Below, one piece after another: positions 22,609 through 37,104 of a stretch of DNA of 64,000 nucleotides. The notes beneath the pieces were generated by a model. The model searched no databases. It had not been told where the DNA came from and saw nothing but the letters and a program-made list of their open reading frames with translations. Position 1 is the first letter of the stretch, and each line of letters starts with the position of its first letter. The DNA is from Trichosphaerium sp. ATCC 40318. Taxonomy: Eukaryota > Protista > Tubulinea. Location of the stretch: NCBI GenBank assembly GCA_038496445.1, contig JALMLS010000500.1:1-64000 (forward strand), read 5' to 3'. Position numbers and translations under genes: made by a program.

Positions 22609-25344
22609 TTACACACCCACTTCACTTTCGTCGCTTTGTTCAGATTCTTCATCATCATCTTCATCATCTGGATACTCGTCTTCCTCAACATCGAATATCA
22701 TTACACGTCGTGGATCGCAGTAAACAGCTGCAAGACCATTACTTGCACGCACACAAGCTGAACGAGGAAGCTCTCGTTTTTTGGTTTCCACCATTTCAAA
22801 ATTCATAGTCGCCTGTAGCTTTGTGACTAAACGACATAATATAGTCATTGCGTACCTTGGCACACTGCCGCTTATATATATCCACTAATGATTTTATTTC
22901 AGTAGGCATTGTATCTTCTGTAGACAGCCATGATAGCAATGAATTTGATGAGTCTAAAATCATGTGATTTAGTAACCTTACAAAAACTAAATGACCAATA
23001 ACGCACCATCCTTGCTTTCCAATACGAGCAGGGAGTTTGTATCGAATACAGCAAAATCGACAAGTTTATGGTCATCGTTAGGTTTTAGACAAACTGTGGA
23101 ACAGTCATCACAGTTTATAATACAAAGACCATCTTTAGAGTTCAAAGCAGCAAAATACAGAACCAACTTATCTGGTGCTACATAAAAAGATGCCTTGAAA
23201 GGTGATTCTGCATCTGTAGTGATAAGCCTTACAGTCCTCGATACTTGAATCCGTTTTTTAATAACACTTGCAGGACGCTTAAGAATAGGTTGTAAGGCAG
23301 AATATAGTTCTTTGGATGACAATTTTTGCTCATTGTCGTCTACAACTCAGATTAAGGGAATGACACTTGTACGTCATAAAAGGTGCACCTTTGAAACATT
23401 CGCCTATAGGATCTGTTCTAATACCAAGTATGAACATGGCAATATCTTCTTCTTTATACGACGCTGTCAATTGAGGTGGTTGCTTTTCAGGGTCATTCGT
23501 AAGTTGGTGACGAGCTAATTTGTTGTCAATACAGGAGTGGGAACTTTTAAAAAGAAAACACGTGCCTATAGCTAACCAAGAAAAGAATGAAGTAAACTCA
23601 TGTTTTCTCTTACTTACAACACTGATACTATGCTCGATATTATGTAAAAACTTTTTGGCAACATTAAAAAACCAGTCAATGTCCTTTGCAAAAAACGAGA
23701 ATGTCAGCCAAACCAAGATAAAAACAAGAAAGGATTCGTACATTAATCCGTAACCCAATGGCAGAGAACCTCTCTGTCCTAAGAAGCTCAGTAAATATAC
23801 AACATTTGTATTAATCACTTACCAAGATGCAAATGATTTGAGCTTGCTTACACGATATAGTAGCTGCTCAGCAGCGCATCTTAGATGCGTCAATGCGAGC
23901 ACTTCAATTTCTTGACATGTCACTTGTATTAAGGTTTGCAATTTGCTGAGATGCTATCAAACAAAGTCAGCAATTGAACGGTATAACGCAAACAACAAGA
24001 ATATTATTAAGAACAAGAAATACGTACTTGTTCATTGAGCACGTGTAGTAGAAAGTCAGCAATTGCGTCACCAGCAGAACCACAAGTAAGTAACTTAAGC
24101 ATCTGTTCTTCCAAGGAAATAGGAACATCTTCATTAGCTGGCCTATCTTGCTCCTCTACAAAGCAACATGTAAGCAGTTATTACGTATGCACGGGACGTG
24201 CCTTGAACAAACGTTTGAAGTTTCTTTATCTTTTCGTTGAACTGACTTATTGGCTCCTTCCACGTTTCTTTAACTTTAGCTATCCCTTCATCTATCTCAA
24301 CAAGTAACTTCGAAATTTGCCCACATTGCCATGCTAGCTCTCTAATTTCGCTTTCTTGCTCTGATACAGCTGTAGTGTTGAATGTAACCAAGTGATACTC
24401 AACAACATTTCCACTTTGTACCCTAGATAAAGAGTGTAATCGCTGTAATGATGCTTCCATGTTGAATGCACTCATAGACAAAGACTAAACCTCAAAATGA
24501 GTGCGAACTACCTTTGGTATAAGTGTACCACTCCTGCTGATGCAGGTATCTTCATAGCAGTTCTTACAAGATCAGGGGAAACTTGTGCAATAAGAAAAGT
24601 TCCAAATGCACTGGGAAAGAAAGTAAGAGAGTGCCAGCAAGTACAGTAATATGTCGTACGATAAGGAAATAATCTCTTCTTGATTACACGACAACATAAT
24701 AGAAAGCGAAGAAGGTTTAGCTTCTGGAGCTCCAACGTTTTCACAGTACTGTAACGGTTCCCTGCAACCGTTAGAATTGATAAAATCTTGATGGTGCCAG
24801 TATGGTACCTGTTCTGTGCGCTGAGACCAAGAACAGGAGGATAGAATGTCGCCAGCGCGTCATCATAATTTCGAGATGGGTTTGTGCCTGGACGGTTCTT
24901 AATCCATGAAATCGCCTTTGTACCTTCTGCGTGGTTGTTAAAAAGCAGAAAGGAAATGAGTATAAGTACGCTGATGTTCCGAATGTAAACGACCACTTTG
25001 TACATCCTCGTTTTTTTCAATATCGTATAATTTGATAGAGTCGTCACTTTGAGCAATAGAAATGACCTTCCCTGTAGAAATGTTTAAATGACGCGCCAAA
25101 AAAAATCAAAAGTACCATCAGGCCGCCAGGCAAACGCAGTAATTGCGTCATCCGCGTTTATATTTACAACTTTTTGCCACCCAGTACGATGTACAGTTAT
25201 AACGTCCTCAGTGCTCACTGTTGCCAATAAATCCATCGTAGGACTCCATTCTAACGCTTTCAGATCGCAAGAAAGCCCAGTGTCCTTTATCAGCTCAAAA
25301 AACTTTATTGGCTCATCCTCCTCCGTATTGGAGTCTGTATCCAT
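22609..25344 (-). CDS. ANAPC4: Anaphase-promoting complex subunit 4
   Basis: WSPTMDLLA...VHR.GWQ...AWRPDG WD-like N-terminus, helical middle domain, and C-terminal ASNGLAAVY...IFDVEEDE. Confidence 0.9.
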
Positions 25345-25638
25345 TTTTCAACCTTTCGCAAACGCAAATGAAGTGTCAACACTGACTTTGCTTGACAAAC
25401 AATGAAAAAATTAACGTCAATTCGAGAATTCTGCAAAATAACAACTTAAAGTCGCAACCATCAAGGCACAACGACGTGGACGATTTGCGGCAAGAACTGT
25501 ATTTTTCTGCAACGCACAAACAAATATTACAAAGATCAGGTGCAACCACCTGATCGAAAGCGCGTTCCAACAAACAACACTCGGGTTTTTCAGGTTTTTT
25601 TTTTTGACATCATGTCAAAAATATTGGGTGTTCTATAT

Positions 25639-28600
25639 TCAAGGTCCGTCATTGGTAGTACCCTTATTCTTGCCTTTTTTCTTCTTAGATTTTGAAGTAT
25701 CAAGTGCTGGTTCTGATATAGCTTGCACGAGTTCATTAAGAAGCGTTTTGTAAGTGCTACGGAATTGTTGCCTGAATAGCTTGCTGTGATATGCCGCCAA
25801 TTCTGCATTGACCATCTTCTCCAACAACCAGTTTCGTAGTTGATCATCATGAGAGAAAACAGGTGGGTAAGGTACAGGTGGTCCAAAACGTGGTACATCA
25901 GCCTGAGATGCCACACTTACTGTGTAGTACACTTTTGAGTTTCTACAAAATAATTAATGAAATTTTCAAAACAACCAATTTATTGATCACAAAGAAAATT
26001 ACGTACGCAGTTGCATTGGCCTCCTTTAGTACACGAACAACAATAATTATTTGAATATAATTGGATTTGACAGTAGTAGGATCAAAAGGATCAGATCCTT
26101 CCTCTTGAAAAACGACCAATATGATGTCGTTTCCTATGTGTCGTTTTTTTGCCCACTAAAAAAAATTGTCAGTCAAATACTGTTATTCTGTCTCGTTTAC
26201 CTGTTGATTATTATCCTGTGTAGGTAACATAGTAGCAACATGATACATAATCTCATTATTTCGGAACTTTGTAGTGATAGCGTGTGTTCCAGTAGTATTG
26301 GCTATTAAATCATTTAGTACAATCAGAAGTTAAAAGTCCTACGAAACGTACACTTAGCATCCAATCCACCCAAAAAGCCTGTGTAGCCCTGCATTACAAC
26401 GCGACTACCAAGCAACGTCAAGAATTTCTCGTAGTCAGCACTTCCAGCGGAATTACAGAACATTTCCTCTTCCTTACTCTGACCTACTTTACAAAGCATG
26501 ACACCAAACTTAAATTTATGCGTCACGCGCATATCACGCTGCTCGTAAGCCAAAAATCCCTATTCATGTTGCGTAAGTATTTATCGCTCAAAGTAATTAA
26601 TTTAAAAAAAGCCAACCTGTTGAAGACCATGTTTCTTCTCACAAATCTTGAATTCCTTGTTTTCAAATGTGGGGAAAATTTTTTTAAGTCCTTCCAAACT
26701 TCTTTCAGGCCAACTGTCATACTGCTCCTTTGAAATAGGAAGACAACCCTTCTTAATACCCTTTACATACTCGTAAGCCATCCAGTAATATTACAACTAA
26801 ACGTACATCTTTCGATCGAATAATAGCCCTATAACTGTACACACCATTATCATTCTAAACAATACGATAAGTATAACTTCTCCATGACGTATAATAACGC
26901 ACTTCAGCCTTAATGGAGGCTATTACCACTTCATTGGAGTCCTGAGGCGTTATAAAATTTCTATGCTCTAAGGAAATACGAAGTGAGAAACACAAAAAGA
27001 AAAGATCAGTTCGCTACCTTGACCCAAAAAATACTCTTGATACCAGTGAGAGTTATGTGGAAGATAATCTTTCCACGTCTCGGGTGAGACATCAGTAGTA
27101 CCTCCTTCCACAATGAACCCAGTGGAACCAGTTACAACATTTATGGACGCAAAAATCTCTTCAACTCTCTCAACGACAGCTGTTGCTTCATTGAACACAC
27201 CGACATCAGTTTGTGCAGTAAGTTTTGCAAGCACACTTTCCAATTTTGATACCAAGAATGCTATAGTAGGAATTATCCTCTTAATAATACGTTGGAGTTT
27301 TGGATCAGTGATCATATCTTCTTCCTCTTGCGTAAGCACTGGAGGCTCAAAGTCTTTATCTGCTTCTATTGAATCCAATTGTTTTCCAAGCATCACAACC
27401 AATTTAGAGAACTGAGACACCCGAACAAAACTACTGGTGCTCCTCACTGTGTAAAAGGCAGCTGATATAGCATTCAGTTTTTCAATATGCTCATGTAGGA
27501 GCTTCTGAATGGGGTCTAGCTTGTATGGAGGCATGCTTGGTTGCTTGCGTTGATTCTGATATTGTTGGCGGGCCTTGGCATGGGCACGCAATGGTACTTT
27601 TGCTTGAGTAATCGTTGTACTTTGTTTAGGTCTAGTCGTTTTGGCCTGTTTACTATGTCGCGCGCCAGCTCCAGCTTTGGACTAATGGTGTCAAAAAAAT
27701 CTACTTTTAAAAATACAGCCATAAAAAATAATATTACCCCAGATCCAGAATCTCCTGCGCCGCTATTAATACTTGACACTGACTGAGAAGCAGTTTTAGT
27801 TGGAATGGCTGGTGGGTTATATCCTAGCAAACAAACGATTAGTCGCGGCACAAAAGCGCACAGAATTGGGTTAAAAAAAAAAAGCGAAGACGAAAAAAAC
27901 CTTGTTGCTCAAATTCTAATTCAAGTGGTACCTGGGAATCTGTAGAAGAAAAACGCATCCTTGAATGGGTGTGACTTGCTAACGTGTTCTATGAGGTTAC
28001 GCTTTCGTAGTGCTTCGCCAAAGGCAGTGGCTTGCTTACGCGTCCAGCCAAATTCTTTGCATAACCACAAAATTGCTTCTGATCCAATAAACGAGCATTT
28101 GTATGTTTTGAAATGATAAACACGATCACGAATGTCAACACCCTGACGAAATTGTATAAATTTTAATTGGAAATCGCTCTCATTTAGCTCAGTAGTCGAA
28201 GATATGAATCGGTAAAAGTAGAATCCATCACGGAAAAAAGGTATTCGTGATACGTGCTCCATCATTCCTCTATCAACGAGCATTTGGCAGAAATACACAG
28301 ACTCCTCGCGGTCCCATTCCATCTCACTTACTAGCCAATCAACTGCTTCGAGAGCTAAATTGGGATTATTTAGTGTTGTGTTAAAAAAATATTGCGTGCA
28401 GTCATTTGCAACTGCAATCAATACTGTGGCTATAGCCTTCTTTGCCAAAGTAGCCAAAAGTAATAATAAATAAAACCGCTTAAAATCAACGCGTTGCTTA
28501 CTATTTGCAAACGTGACGACGTTGTAGCGTGGGGAGGTTACATAACGGCGTAGTGTTGCAAAAAGAGTAAAATAAAAAAAGATTTTTTTTGTAGAACGGG

Positions 28601-28972
28601 TTAAAACGCTCTCACGAATTCTATTTGAGCAATAAGATTCGCGAGGCATGCTTTGTAAACGAAAATAAAGAAACTACGAGATCTGACTTCGATTGTTTCT
28701 TTTTTGAGCTTTTTTTTTGTCACCAATTGTATCAATTGTATATCTATTCGGCAGAAAAACACTAAAATACTCGTATCTGAACGCGCACCAATGAAACAGT
28801 CGTCATACAGCTTGTCGTTGTACTTGTTCGCCTTGATCTCAATGCCATTAGGTCCAGAAGCCATCTTATCGACAACAGCTTGAATACCAAAATCGATCAG
28901 GGCAGCATAGACACGCTTCTTGTCTACCTCCCTCCCGTTTGCCTTAGGAGGATCACTTGGTAGTTCACTCAT
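25639..28972 (-). CDS. Tandem-DEP-domain Rap GTPase-activating protein
   Basis: Two DEP domains (CFIG.EAV.WL...EHVS...F.D...FYRF). RapGAP motifs FKFGV..K.GQ..EEEMFCN, GFLGGLD, IMYHVATMLP and KKRHIGND (Asn thumb). Confidence 0.9.
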
Positions 28973-29210
28973 TTTTTTGTAAGATTGCAGGCCTTTTTGT
29001 ATTGCATGTAGTAAATAGTCAGGCCAAAAGCGTTTTTGGAACTTCAACGACCGTTGCCAAAAAAAACGCTAACGCTGTTGTTTTTACCATAAAACCCCCT
29101 TGTGCTCTTTCGCAAAAAGCTTGACTGTGTGATAGTAATCAAATTGGTCACACGTGAAAAGACATCAAAGATCTAATTCTCAAACTCACACTACCAATAG
29201 TATAAACATA

Positions 29211-30244
29211 ATGGTAATTTAACTAATCATAATTTTTTTTTCTCTTTCATCATGTTTTGATCGCTATTCACGCTGCCGATTGCTTGCGCTTACTACACGC
29301 GGTTCCTCCTGTCTAATAATTTTTTTGTAGACTGACCACAAACTGAGTACTCTAATTCTCGTTGTTGGTGACATACACATCCCACACAGAGCCTCTAGCA
29401 TCCCAGCAGAGTTTAAAAAGCTACTAGTACGTTGTAGCTAAAATTTAAGCGCTATTACAACCAAAAAAATACAAAAAAAAAATTAACTCTACTTTTCCGA
29501 CACGAGCTTGTGGCTTTTAGCCTTCTATGTTACTAACTCGCGCCAGGTACCTAACAAAATTCAACACATTCTCTGTACTGGTAATCTCTGCTCTAAAGAA
29601 ACATACGACTATTTACGAACACTTGGTAGTGACGTTCATGTCGCAAAGGGCGATTTCGATGAGGTGAGACTTAGTTTTTTAGAAACAGCTGTAACTTCTA
29701 TTAATCTGACACGTACTTGCCTAGAACTCCACCTATCCAGAAAATAAGATCGTCACTATTGGAGAATTTAAGATAGGTCTTGTACACGGCCATCAAATCA
29801 TACCTTGGGGTGATCAAGAAGTATGTGATTTCTAAGCGTTGCGCCAAATCTATAATATCTGTCTTAATCCTCTACTAGGCCTTGGCCATGCTACAACGTA
29901 AGCTAGATGTCGATATTCTCAGTACGTTAATAGTTTTTTATTCTTTTATTTTAATTCTAATATTTCTGAACAGTACACGGTCACACACATGAGTTTAAAA
30001 CGTTCCAAGCGAACGGTAAATTTTTTCTTAATCCAGGCTCTATCACAGGCTCCTACAATGGCTTTACAACGTACTACTGGACATTTTATTATTGGGTTTT
30101 TTTATTAACATGTTATTTAGCGATGTAACGCCAAGTTTTGCTTTGATTGACATTCAAGGCAACAGAGTTATCACGTACCACTACCAGCTCAAAGATGGCG
30201 CTGTTAAAGTAGCAAAGATCGACTATGTCAAAGAACAACAATAA
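29211..30244 (+). CDS. VPS29: Retromer subunit Vps29
   Basis: Motifs [43 protein letters not shown] and NPGSITG. The first coding exon is just ATG. Confidence 0.96.
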
Positions 30245-30359
30245 ACACCTTGATTTTACTATAGCAAAAGTGTCAAGTTCAACACTGCAACAGTTAAAAC
30301 AAACACGACGACAAAGAAATCAAGGCACTTATTACTTTATACAAAAGCCAAACTTTACT

Positions 30360-31671
30360 TTAACTTATCAGTTTCTTTGCGTATTCATACGCAGCGAATG
30401 CAAGTGCATTTGCCGGCACTGCTCTAATGACACATACTGAGTATCCTTTCCAAAACCCCATCCATCCTTCTGTCTTTAATATGTGCCTTGCACAACTTAT
30501 CATCGAATCATATTTATTTTGCGAAGGATGTGCTGCGCCAGCTTGCATGTGAGATTTTATAGTATCCAAAGGATAAACTGAACTCCAGAAACCGAAACCT
30601 TTACTAAATGTTAGATAGGAATTATCACATCGTATTGTACGCACCTGCTGCGCCACCAGCACACAGAATAGATGCGAAAGGACTAAGACCTGTTGCACCA
30701 AGTGACAACTTTACTATCTGCTTCTATGTAAGTACAGAAACGATGAAAGTGTAAGGAACCTCATATGTTGTCAAGTATACACCATCACCAATGGAGTTTC
30801 TCATCAAGGTAGGATAGCCACCTTGAAACAAGCCTAGTGATTGTGTTATAAAATGTTACTCGAGGATATTAAGTGTACCATTTATACCGGACGTTTTTAT
30901 TGTCTGTGTTAGGCAATGAATAGAGTTTTTGTATTTTGGATTAACAGTCGCATGTGTTTGTGACTACAAACCAGTTAAGGGAATGAACACGTGATGATAT
31001 TAGGCAGAATGTCTTACCTGCATTTTGTTCTTTATTACTTCTATTGGACAATTAATAAGTGTGCAAACAGCGCCTACAAATCATTAACTGAACAATATCG
31101 CCGATTGAAGGCTACCTGTAGTAAGTCCAGCAGCTACCAACAGATGCAAAGGTGGCATTTTGCTATGCACGCCATCCAGGTTGTCTCCAAGCACGACACG
31201 CTTTACCAAACCGTACACCTTGGAATTTGTGATTCTCGGTTATCAATCGTGACAAATGGCGTACATAAAAATACCACGTGCTATTTAATATGCTTCCATA
31301 CAAAGGAGATGCAGCGCCTTTGTACAGGGCAAGTACGCCTTCTTTTTTAACTGTGGTGCGCATACAGTCAAGTACTCCTTGGTGGCTATCGTTAGCGAGC
31401 GTGGTGATGCAAACTAATGGTTCTTTATCCTACCTCGATACAAAGGCGCTGTCGGATTTTGTATCTGTAATCTAACCTGTTTTTTGTAAGTACGGAGGCA
31501 TATTGTACGCGTAATACCTTTACCTGAGTACTGTTAGCGAAATAGTGGAAAGGATGTGTATACACGTACAGTATCGAGAGGGTGCCCTACTGCTATGATC
31601 ATTACGCCTCTAAACGCTCCGCCAAAGATATCCTTAAACACATTGTGTGTATTTGATACTGTGTCACTCAT
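30360..31671 (-). CDS. Mitochondrial carrier (SLC25; carnitine/ornithine-type)
   Basis: Motifs GHPLDT-VK-VRLQ, EGVLALYKG, YPLDTIKS and GFWKGYSVCVIRAVPANA. Confidence 0.93.
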
Positions 31672-31878
31672 TTCGCTATGTTATGTAGTTACAGGGTTTC
31701 TCATACACGCCATTGTTCCAGAAAGTCATATTTGACCAATACTTGACTAAATGACCATTTTTATAAATGTCAAAATTGTTCGAGCCAAAAATTTAGTTCA
31801 CTAAAATAAAAGTTGTACCAAGCCACTTTACTTTGAAGTATTGTAGACAGTGAACCGTGTGGGTGCTCCAGATTGCCA

Positions 31879-34800
31879 ATGGCTTCATCTAAAGTGTTTT
31901 CTGTGCATTTTGCCGATGGCTACGTGAGTCGTATGACATTGAAGCCCCATTTGAAGCTACGACATGTATTACACACAAAGGCGGGCAAACGGGGCATAAA
32001 TCCCGATGCCTTCCTTGCAAAGGATAAAAACGGAAATGTTTTAAACGTCAATGATACTCTGGGTAGTTTACAACACTTGGAAGTTTTCTTTACGCAACCG
32101 AAATTTACTAGAGGTAAAAACACTTGCAAAAGTAATGAAAACAATTATTTAAATGTTTTCTAGGCGTATTTAAGGGTGATGGAATACCTGACAGCGTGTT
32201 CAGTGGTGAGCAAGAATCGTTCAAAATTACCACCCCAGCCAGTACCCAATTGAGCGACATCACTGTATTAATACGAATGAAGAAGTCTAAAACGGAGGCA
32301 TCAATAAGTCGAACTTCAAACGGCAATTTTTCTGTATTCTGGTGCGTTTTGATTGTCACTGCACGCACGTAAAACTGCGATCCTTTTGTTTTACGCGGTT
32401 TTAATTATAGTTGGAGTAATTCGAGCTAACAATAACCAAGGACTCCACCCCAAGCCGGTGTATATACGATCACAGTGTTCGTTGGTGGCGTTATGATGCA
32501 AGGTACTTAGCGCGACAAGTTTTATTTATAATTCTATTTGTTTGCTAATCGATCTATCTAGATTGTCCTATGCGTGTAGAGATAAAGCGTGCGTTTGTTT
32601 ATAACTAAATATCTTCACTACGATCTGTTTTTTTTCCAAAAGGCAAAACAAGTACTAATTGGGCATTAGCTCCACCTGCCACACGCAAACTTGTAAAATG
32701 TTGGGCTCCATTCGAAGCACTTGAGAAAGGAGAAATACCTCTTGATGTTAGCGACATATGTGAGGTTTATTGCGAGCAAGGTGATTGGTGGGAAGGTAAA
32801 AACTTGCGTACACTTGATACTGGATGGTTTCCAAAGGATTTTTGTGCATCTGTCGAGTCTGATGAAATTACTGAAAACCAGATTTCTTCAAAGTTGTCAA
32901 AAGCAACGATAAATGCTCTCATTTCATCTCCAAGAAAACCAAACAAGTATGGGCGCTATGGCATAAGAAATGCCGAAGACTCAGTGCTACTACAGAGCTT
33001 TATAAGTTGTTTTAATTTTACAACTGAATCGACATCAAATGTTGATTATCATTATAAAACAATCACAAAGAGGCGTACATTACCACTTGAGAGGACTGGA
33101 TGTAAAATAGACGCATCGCAAACAAAAGAACTACATAATTTATTAATCAAGCTCGAAATACCTTTCTTGGTTCCAGAGTTTGTACCAATACCAACTCCTA
33201 AGCGTAATATAAGCTACACAACTGAAGAAAGTGACTCAGATGAGGGCGTAAGTGTGAAGAAAAGAGGATGTCTTTTTTGAGAAAAAGGTCGTTCCTCATG
33301 TTGATTTTTTAGGAAGTACCAGAAGAGCTTATAAGATCAAGAAGAACTCCCACAAAAAAGAAATCAAAGAAAAAATTCTATCGCCTAGTCAAACAGAAAT
33401 TAGGTACGTCACGTGGACTTATTTTTCCAGTTTTGTAAGGAAACTAAACTTGTAACAGGAGACAAATTGAAAAAAACAAGCACTAAAGATCTTCCACCAG
33501 AAGATGCTCCTAGAGTACAGTACTTATCAGGATCTGTTCGAACAGCTGTTACCTTGATGGGTGATACCAATCCTTCACGTGGCTTAGCACATGTGGAACC
33601 TCCACAAGGGTTTGAACGCTTAGTAGTACGGCACAACAATCTTGTATTTTTTTTTGCAAAGCCCGAACCTCTGCTGTAGTTTGCATTTTTCTAACAGTTT
33701 ATGTAGACACGCAAGGAGACTGTTACGAGAGTGAGACTATCACCTCGACAACCAATGTCAAGCCGTAATCGCGTGTTTGACGCAGTGGACGATGTTGACG
33801 CTGATACACGTGATAATGTTACAATTACTAGACCTTCATTGCTAATTCCAAATTCTACTGGTGGTACAAGCGCACTTACAGATTCAAAAAATTCTGGACT
33901 AGTAAAAAATAGTTCCACTGACGCTATTGTCGATGATGGTAACGCTGAACATTCTAAAAAGAGTGCACGACAGTATATAAGCGAGCAAAGTGATTTTGAA
34001 GACTCCACTATACAAGACGTAACAAGTGATGAAGAAAAAAGTAAAGACAGCACTTCTTCTCGAATCAGTTTTCAGTCAGAGAATACAGAAGAACAACTAG
34101 ATGAAGATGAAGAAGAATTAAGTTTATCAACACCAAGTGAAAGCGAAGAAGAAAGCCAGAAGAGACCAGTTGATCAAGCTGTTAAACGAAAAGAAACCGA
34201 ACAAGAATCTACTGATGAAAGTGAAGTTGATGATTCTTTTAATCCTATAACAAGAGTGTTATCTCACTACTCACAGATATCAGAGAGTTCTACAGAGCCA
34301 GAAAAGAAGTTTAAAAAGCCACCAATGGTTAAATCAGCTACAACTGTACCAATCAGAAATAGTTTTACAAGAGAGATAAGCACTATTCCAGAAGAACCAG
34401 CGAATACTTTTCATGGAAAAGCTCTAAACTCTGATGCCAGTAGTAGATCTGTCTTTCAAAGAGCATTAGATAAGGCTAGACTTGCTGCTAGACAAAGTGT
34501 TCATGTAGCTCCTTCAGATGCTGATAGTGCTGTTTCTTCATCTTTGAGAGAATCTGGTTCTGGTGTAAGTTTTTTTTTTCAAGCTCTTTGTTGTTGCTGT
34601 TCTTTAGTCGTTTTTTTTGACAAAGTATTAACTTGATAATAGGCTCAAGGGACTGCTGCCGATACTGCTACAAGTGATGATGATGGTGATAACTCTGAAG
34701 ACGATATTAAACTTCCTAGCTGGGCAGTGGAGATTGACTATCCAATACAAAAGTATAAAGAAGAACGTAATGTAAAGGGGTGGCCTGATATCTTTATTGC

Positions 34801-35220
34801 TACTTCTTATGTTGTTTCAAAAGATCCTCTTTCTTTGTATGTTGTACGTAGGATGCTTAAAGAGTATCCAGACTGTGTCAACGATGCTAATCAACAGGTA
34901 CAATAACCAAGAAGAATCATCACTTATTTTCTCTTTTTTTTTAAGGGTTCTACAGCACTACATATAGCTGCAAACTATGGCAATGAAGACATGGTTCAGA
35001 TTCTTCTTGCGTCATCAGCTGATCCAACATTATCAAACAATTGGGGTATGTTATTCTGCAGTACATGCCAACAAGTGTTCTTGTCTTAACTTTTTTTTTT
35101 TCATCAGGTGATACGCCTATAACTATTGCACATAACCTTAACCATAAGAATATAATTAAAATTTTTGTAAAGAGAGGGTTTAAAGAAGCTAAAAAACTCA
35201 AGAAAGCTAAAAAGCGATGA
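31879..35220 (+). CDS. Multidomain adaptor: ubiquitin-like/RBD-like, filamin-Ig-like, SH3, acidic low-complexity, C-terminal ankyrin repeats
   Basis: SH3 motifs APFEALEKGEIPL...GDWWEG...TGWFPKDF. Ankyrin GSTALHIAANYGNEDMVQILL and GDTPI. Filamin-like PKPGVYTITVFVGG. The RBD call is weaker. Confidence 0.8.
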
Positions 35221-35460
35221 TCATGTGATCACATTGCTACTGTACAATAGATATTCTATGCTTTTAGTCTTGTTTATTTTTTGCTTATTCAATTGCTACA
35301 AAACTATTGTAAACCAACGACGTGTTTGGAAACAGACCTTGCAAGGACCAAGCGATAGTCAAAAAAAATTAGCAAAAAGTGTGAAGTGTCCATTGATTGT
35401 CTGTTTCAGGTACTATTACTATGTCAATCTTATATTATGGTTGTTGCAATTTCAGTTATT

Positions 35461-36842
35461 TTAGTGACTCAGTATAAACGTAGCGTACTTGTACGATATT
35501 TGTTTATCATCTGGTAATCTCCAATATGGCGTTTTGTGCTGTTTAAAACCCATAACAATAAAGTGATGAAAAGGACATAGAAAATACGTTGAATTGGCAG
35601 AACGAGGGTAAGCGTTAGCATACCTTTCATTGTCAAAATCGCCAATAGTTTCATCATTTACAGCATTATGTAAATAGCCATACAAAGTATCCTGTGTATC
35701 ATTAACGGTTGTTTTAGGCATCATGTCAATTGGTAAATGATTATTGAAGTATCTTATTATTTTTTCAAATGATGTTGTTACTATAAACTTTTCTGGTTTC
35801 TTTCCAAGATAATAATCATACTGATCAATAAAAGTTCTTTTGTAAGGAATTATTGATTGATCTATCTTTATAATGAACTCTTCAACAGACCTTGAAAAAT
35901 AGTGTAATATCTTCATTGAATTAACACTATTAACCATCTTTGCAGTTCCTTTATTATCATAGCCACAAAGAACGTCTTCTTCGTGCTTCCATCCAGCACA
36001 TTGAATATCATGTATACCAACTCTTGTTGTACTTTCGGGACGAAAAATCGTTTTACCACAGCCAAACACATTCCTTTCTCTAGGTGCGTCTATTAACCCA
36101 TTGGAGCGTGCATGAAGCATCCCGCAGGTATTGACTACTGACCATTTTATAGATAAACCACATGCTGTATTATCATAAGGTAGATGTGGGTCCTCACGTT
36201 CTTGTTGTGGATCCTTTGTTCTTCTATTTTCATGTTCTTCCAAGAAGTTGTATGCTGCATTAATATCTGACCCGTCTTCTTCAGGGTTTTTGAGGTAATG
36301 AAGATACTCATCAGTATGAAGAACAATCATCCAATCTGAAGTATTACCATAGAAAAGATTGCAACTACAAGAGTATGTGAGTGTAACTAAAAGTGAACTT
36401 GTATATTATCATACTTGTTGTGTATAACTGTTAGCTTGTCATTAGTGACTTTCTCTTTAGAATTGCCATATAATGTTACTAGACCATGGTCAATAAAGTC
36501 TTTTAATTGTTCTGGTAGCTTAGATGAATCATGGTTATTATCAAACAGAAAGATATGATCAACACCAGCCAAGATGTTCCAAACAACCCATTGCCTTATT
36601 CTGTATTCGTTTTTTGTTGGTGCACATGCACCGAATCTGTATGTTTTGTTTTTCAAGCTGGCATCTACTGTATCTGTTAAGAGGTTCCAGTTGATTTTGT
36701 TGTATGCAAATTCGCCTCTTTTTGTTTGCAACGTTCTTAGTGTTGTACTTGATCTTGAAGCACATAAGTAGTATACAGTACTCGCTAATAGCACTAGCAT
36801 CCAAAGTAACAGTACTTTACGCCTATTGCTCATTGTGTGCAT
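35461..36842 (-). CDS. Type II membrane glycosyltransferase (GT92/GT2-like); one intron
   Basis: N-terminal signal anchor, KNEYRIRQWV.WN...GVDHIFLFDNN, and DWMIVLHTDEY. Confidence 0.82.
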
Positions 36843-37104
36843 TCAAGATGATGAATTGACGTAGATTGTATTCAAATCACTTCACAACACACTTCTGAGT
36901 TAGGTTACGCATTTAGAACACCTTTTATCGTAACAGGACGTGCAATCAAATACTTGTTTCAAACTCGAGATTCTGTCCATGACTTGCTTTGATTTTAGTG
37001 TATAAAAACAAAGCCAGTTCATATTACAAAATTTCCGTTAGAAATTCTTCAAATAAGTGCGCTACAGTTCTAACAAAACAAGTGCCTTTTGGAATTTTAT
37101 TTCG

